64,000 nt of DNA from Lingula anatina (lineage: Eukaryota > Animalia > Brachiopoda). Under the pieces are notes generated by a model. It had not been told where the DNA came from. It did not search any database and saw nothing but the letters and a program-made list of their open reading frames with translations. Both the position numbers and the translations under genes were made by a program. The stretch spans positions 59,994,788 through 60,058,787 of the forward strand of contig CM120640.1 in NCBI GenBank assembly GCA_051362555.1. The letters are read 5' to 3'. Shown piece after piece: positions 61,901 to 64,000 of this stretch (the stretch's first letter is position 1; every line of letters starts with the position of its first letter).

Positions 61901-63734
61901 TCATTAGCACCAAGGCAGTAGGTAGCAATGAGCGAGAAGATCTTACGAGTGCTTACAAGTTTAAGGAAGGTAGGTAATGCAATTATAGGACTGAAACTTG
62001 AGAAATATCATAATTAACCTATCTCATTAAGAGGCTAGGGATTTCTTAAGTGGACATAGAGTGAGGTATTAATTTAATTCATTCATGTAAAATTTACCAT
62101 TAGTTACAACTTTTTAATCTTTGTTCATGTATAGTAATTATAACTGTACAGTAATAGGGTCACATTCTGACTTTCAGGTTCAGATGCAGAACGAGCTGCT
62201 GTACGCCATGCATTCAAGTTTGGCAGCCGCAGGGAGCAGAAAGTTTATAAACCTGAGGCAGAAGATGTTTCCTTCAAGATCACCATCCCACCTGTGGTAG
62301 CCACAGGGAAGGACTTTAATGTCCAGCTAGACTTGAAGAATAATGGTAACAGCATTAGGGATGTCAAGGCCACCTTGACTGCCCTCACTAGCTTCTACAC
62401 TGGTGTGCCCTCAGATCGCATCAAATGTCAGACATTTGAAATAACTTTGGATCCAGATCAAGGTCAGAGTTTTTCACCTTTTTTCAGATGTGATTTTTTC
62501 TTCTTCTTCTCTGTCTCTCTCTTTGCATTTTGAATTTTTAAGACTGGATTAAGCAACTAACAAAGAGCTACACTGTTACCTTCTTGCCCATTTTCTGTAC
62601 ATATTCATATGGCAGTTTAAATTCACAGGAAATTTGCTAAAATATTCTTTCACTAAAGCAAGTAGATGATAATGTTGTAACAAGGGTATTGCAACTGTTG
62701 TAGAAAAGAGCATTGACATTGATGTGCTAGCAGACGACTACATGGAACTGCTGAAACCTGATGCACTGATCCAGGTGTATGCCAAGGCCAGGGTGAAGCA
62801 GACAGGACAGGCATTTGTTAGAGAGGACACCGTGGATCTGTCACCTAGCATGGAGGTTGACGTGTTGAAGGTAGGTGCACTCATCATACTATATCACTTG
62901 CTTGTTAGCAAAGGTTACACTTGAATATTTTATTGCAATTGTATTTGTGATGAAACTATTTGAAACTTGTCACTTGAATGACGGAGTTGTAGAGATAAAA
63001 TATACCAGCGTCTACCAATAATTGTGTTTCATATTTACAGCTACAAGCTCCAGAAAGAGTGAATAGATCTGAGCCATTTGAATTGCGTATGAAGTTCACT
63101 AACCCTCTGAAGATCCCCATCACTAAAGGGATGTTTCGCATTGAAGCTGCTCACATCGTACGCAGCAAGGTCATTCCTATAAAGTGAGTGGAGAGTTCAA
63201 TTCTAACTGAATGATTATTAATGACTTTTAGATTTGTTTGATATCTGATGCCTGTAGTGTGGACATAGGTTTAGATTTCCTGTGAAATTGTAACAGATAA
63301 TGAAAGATTGTATTTAGATACACAGTTTATGTTTGCTGCCTTTGTTAAATGCTTTTCACTGTTTTCAACTGTTAAAAAATTCCATTATATACACCAACAA
63401 AGCTCATTATTAATACTATCTCAATCAGCACTATTAACCCAAGTTGGAGTTCTAAGCTTTTGACCACCTATTTCACTTTCAACAGTCAACCCATTCAAAT
63501 GTAACAGCATGCAGTTTGTTAACTTTAGATAACTCGGAGTGCGTAATCCTTTATTTGAGTTTATTAGGACTGACATATGTTCTCTTCAGACAAACCATCG
63601 CTCCAGGTGCGGAAGTGGTGGAGACTTGTGTGTTGACAGCAAAGCTGCTAGGCCAGACAGAAATTCTGGTCAATTTTTCTTCAGATCAGATGGTTGGAAT
63701 TTATGCCTCAACCAATTTATATGTCCACATTTGA
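57104..63734 (+). CDS. TGM: Protein-glutamine gamma-glutamyltransferase (transglutaminase), ~747 aa
   Basis: 15 exons: 57104-57192, 57569-57660, 57832-58005, 58505-58765, 59092-59210, 59448-59555, 59775-59952, 60480-60615, 61072-61175, 61497-61612, 61843-61969, 62178-62462, 62704-62870, 63041-63183, 63590-63734 (2244 nt, in frame). [23 protein letters not shown]; catalytic triad [22 protein letters not shown]. Confidence 0.95.
58859..58932. repeat. (TGA)n plus (TG)n compound microsatellite
   Basis: Read directly. Confidence 0.95.
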
Positions 63735-64000
63735 TGATGTAAGATAGTCTATGGATTAGATAGAATTTTTCTTTTTCAATTTACAAGACAAAAATGTGTA
63801 TAGATATAAAAATGTCTTCTTCACAGGGAAAAACTACTAGAGGCATTCCAGTCCAGCTTAAGCTGATTTTGCACTTATCTACTTTTTTAATCTTTCACAA
63901 TATTTTTATCTGCATTGCGTATAACCCTTTTCACTTTCTTTGAGGCAGTTTATTTCTAGTGTTTTTAAGTATTGCATTGTTATGGTGGGGGTGAAAAAGT

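Noticed and set aside
1-64000. A functional gene cluster linking TRIC, cyclase, CFAP95 and transglutaminase
   Set aside because: Adjacency alone is not evidence in an animal genome; needs synteny or co-expression data. No tRNA, rRNA or prokaryotic systems were seen.

Overview
AT-rich, intron-rich animal DNA (marine invertebrate-like; taxon not determinable from the sequence). Seven spliced genes were rebuilt by hand from splice sites, with reading frames kept across all exons: TMEM38/TRIC (minus, 3' end outside the window), a single-pass receptor guanylyl cyclase (plus), RCHY1/Pirh2 (minus), two tail-to-tail 13-exon ACC-synthase-like paralogs, CFAP95/C9orf135 (minus) and a transglutaminase (plus). 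Introns and spacers hold many non-autonomous DNA transposons and decayed LINE fragments, often nested. The strongest candidate for an undescribed system is TMEM38. It carries two consecutive pairs of duplicated exons in the order 3a,3b,4a,4b, with phases that forbid joint inclusion. A 12-bp complementary pair could loop out exon 3b, and 3b lacks the two conserved M4 pore lysines. Also notable are the cyclase's short Cys-rich non-ANF ectodomain, 146-bp arrays of perfect DR1 nuclear-receptor sites inside a Helentron-like element, and two tiny palindromes with 7-bp TSDs that resemble P-element footprints. All family assignments rest on motif recognition; no database searches were run.
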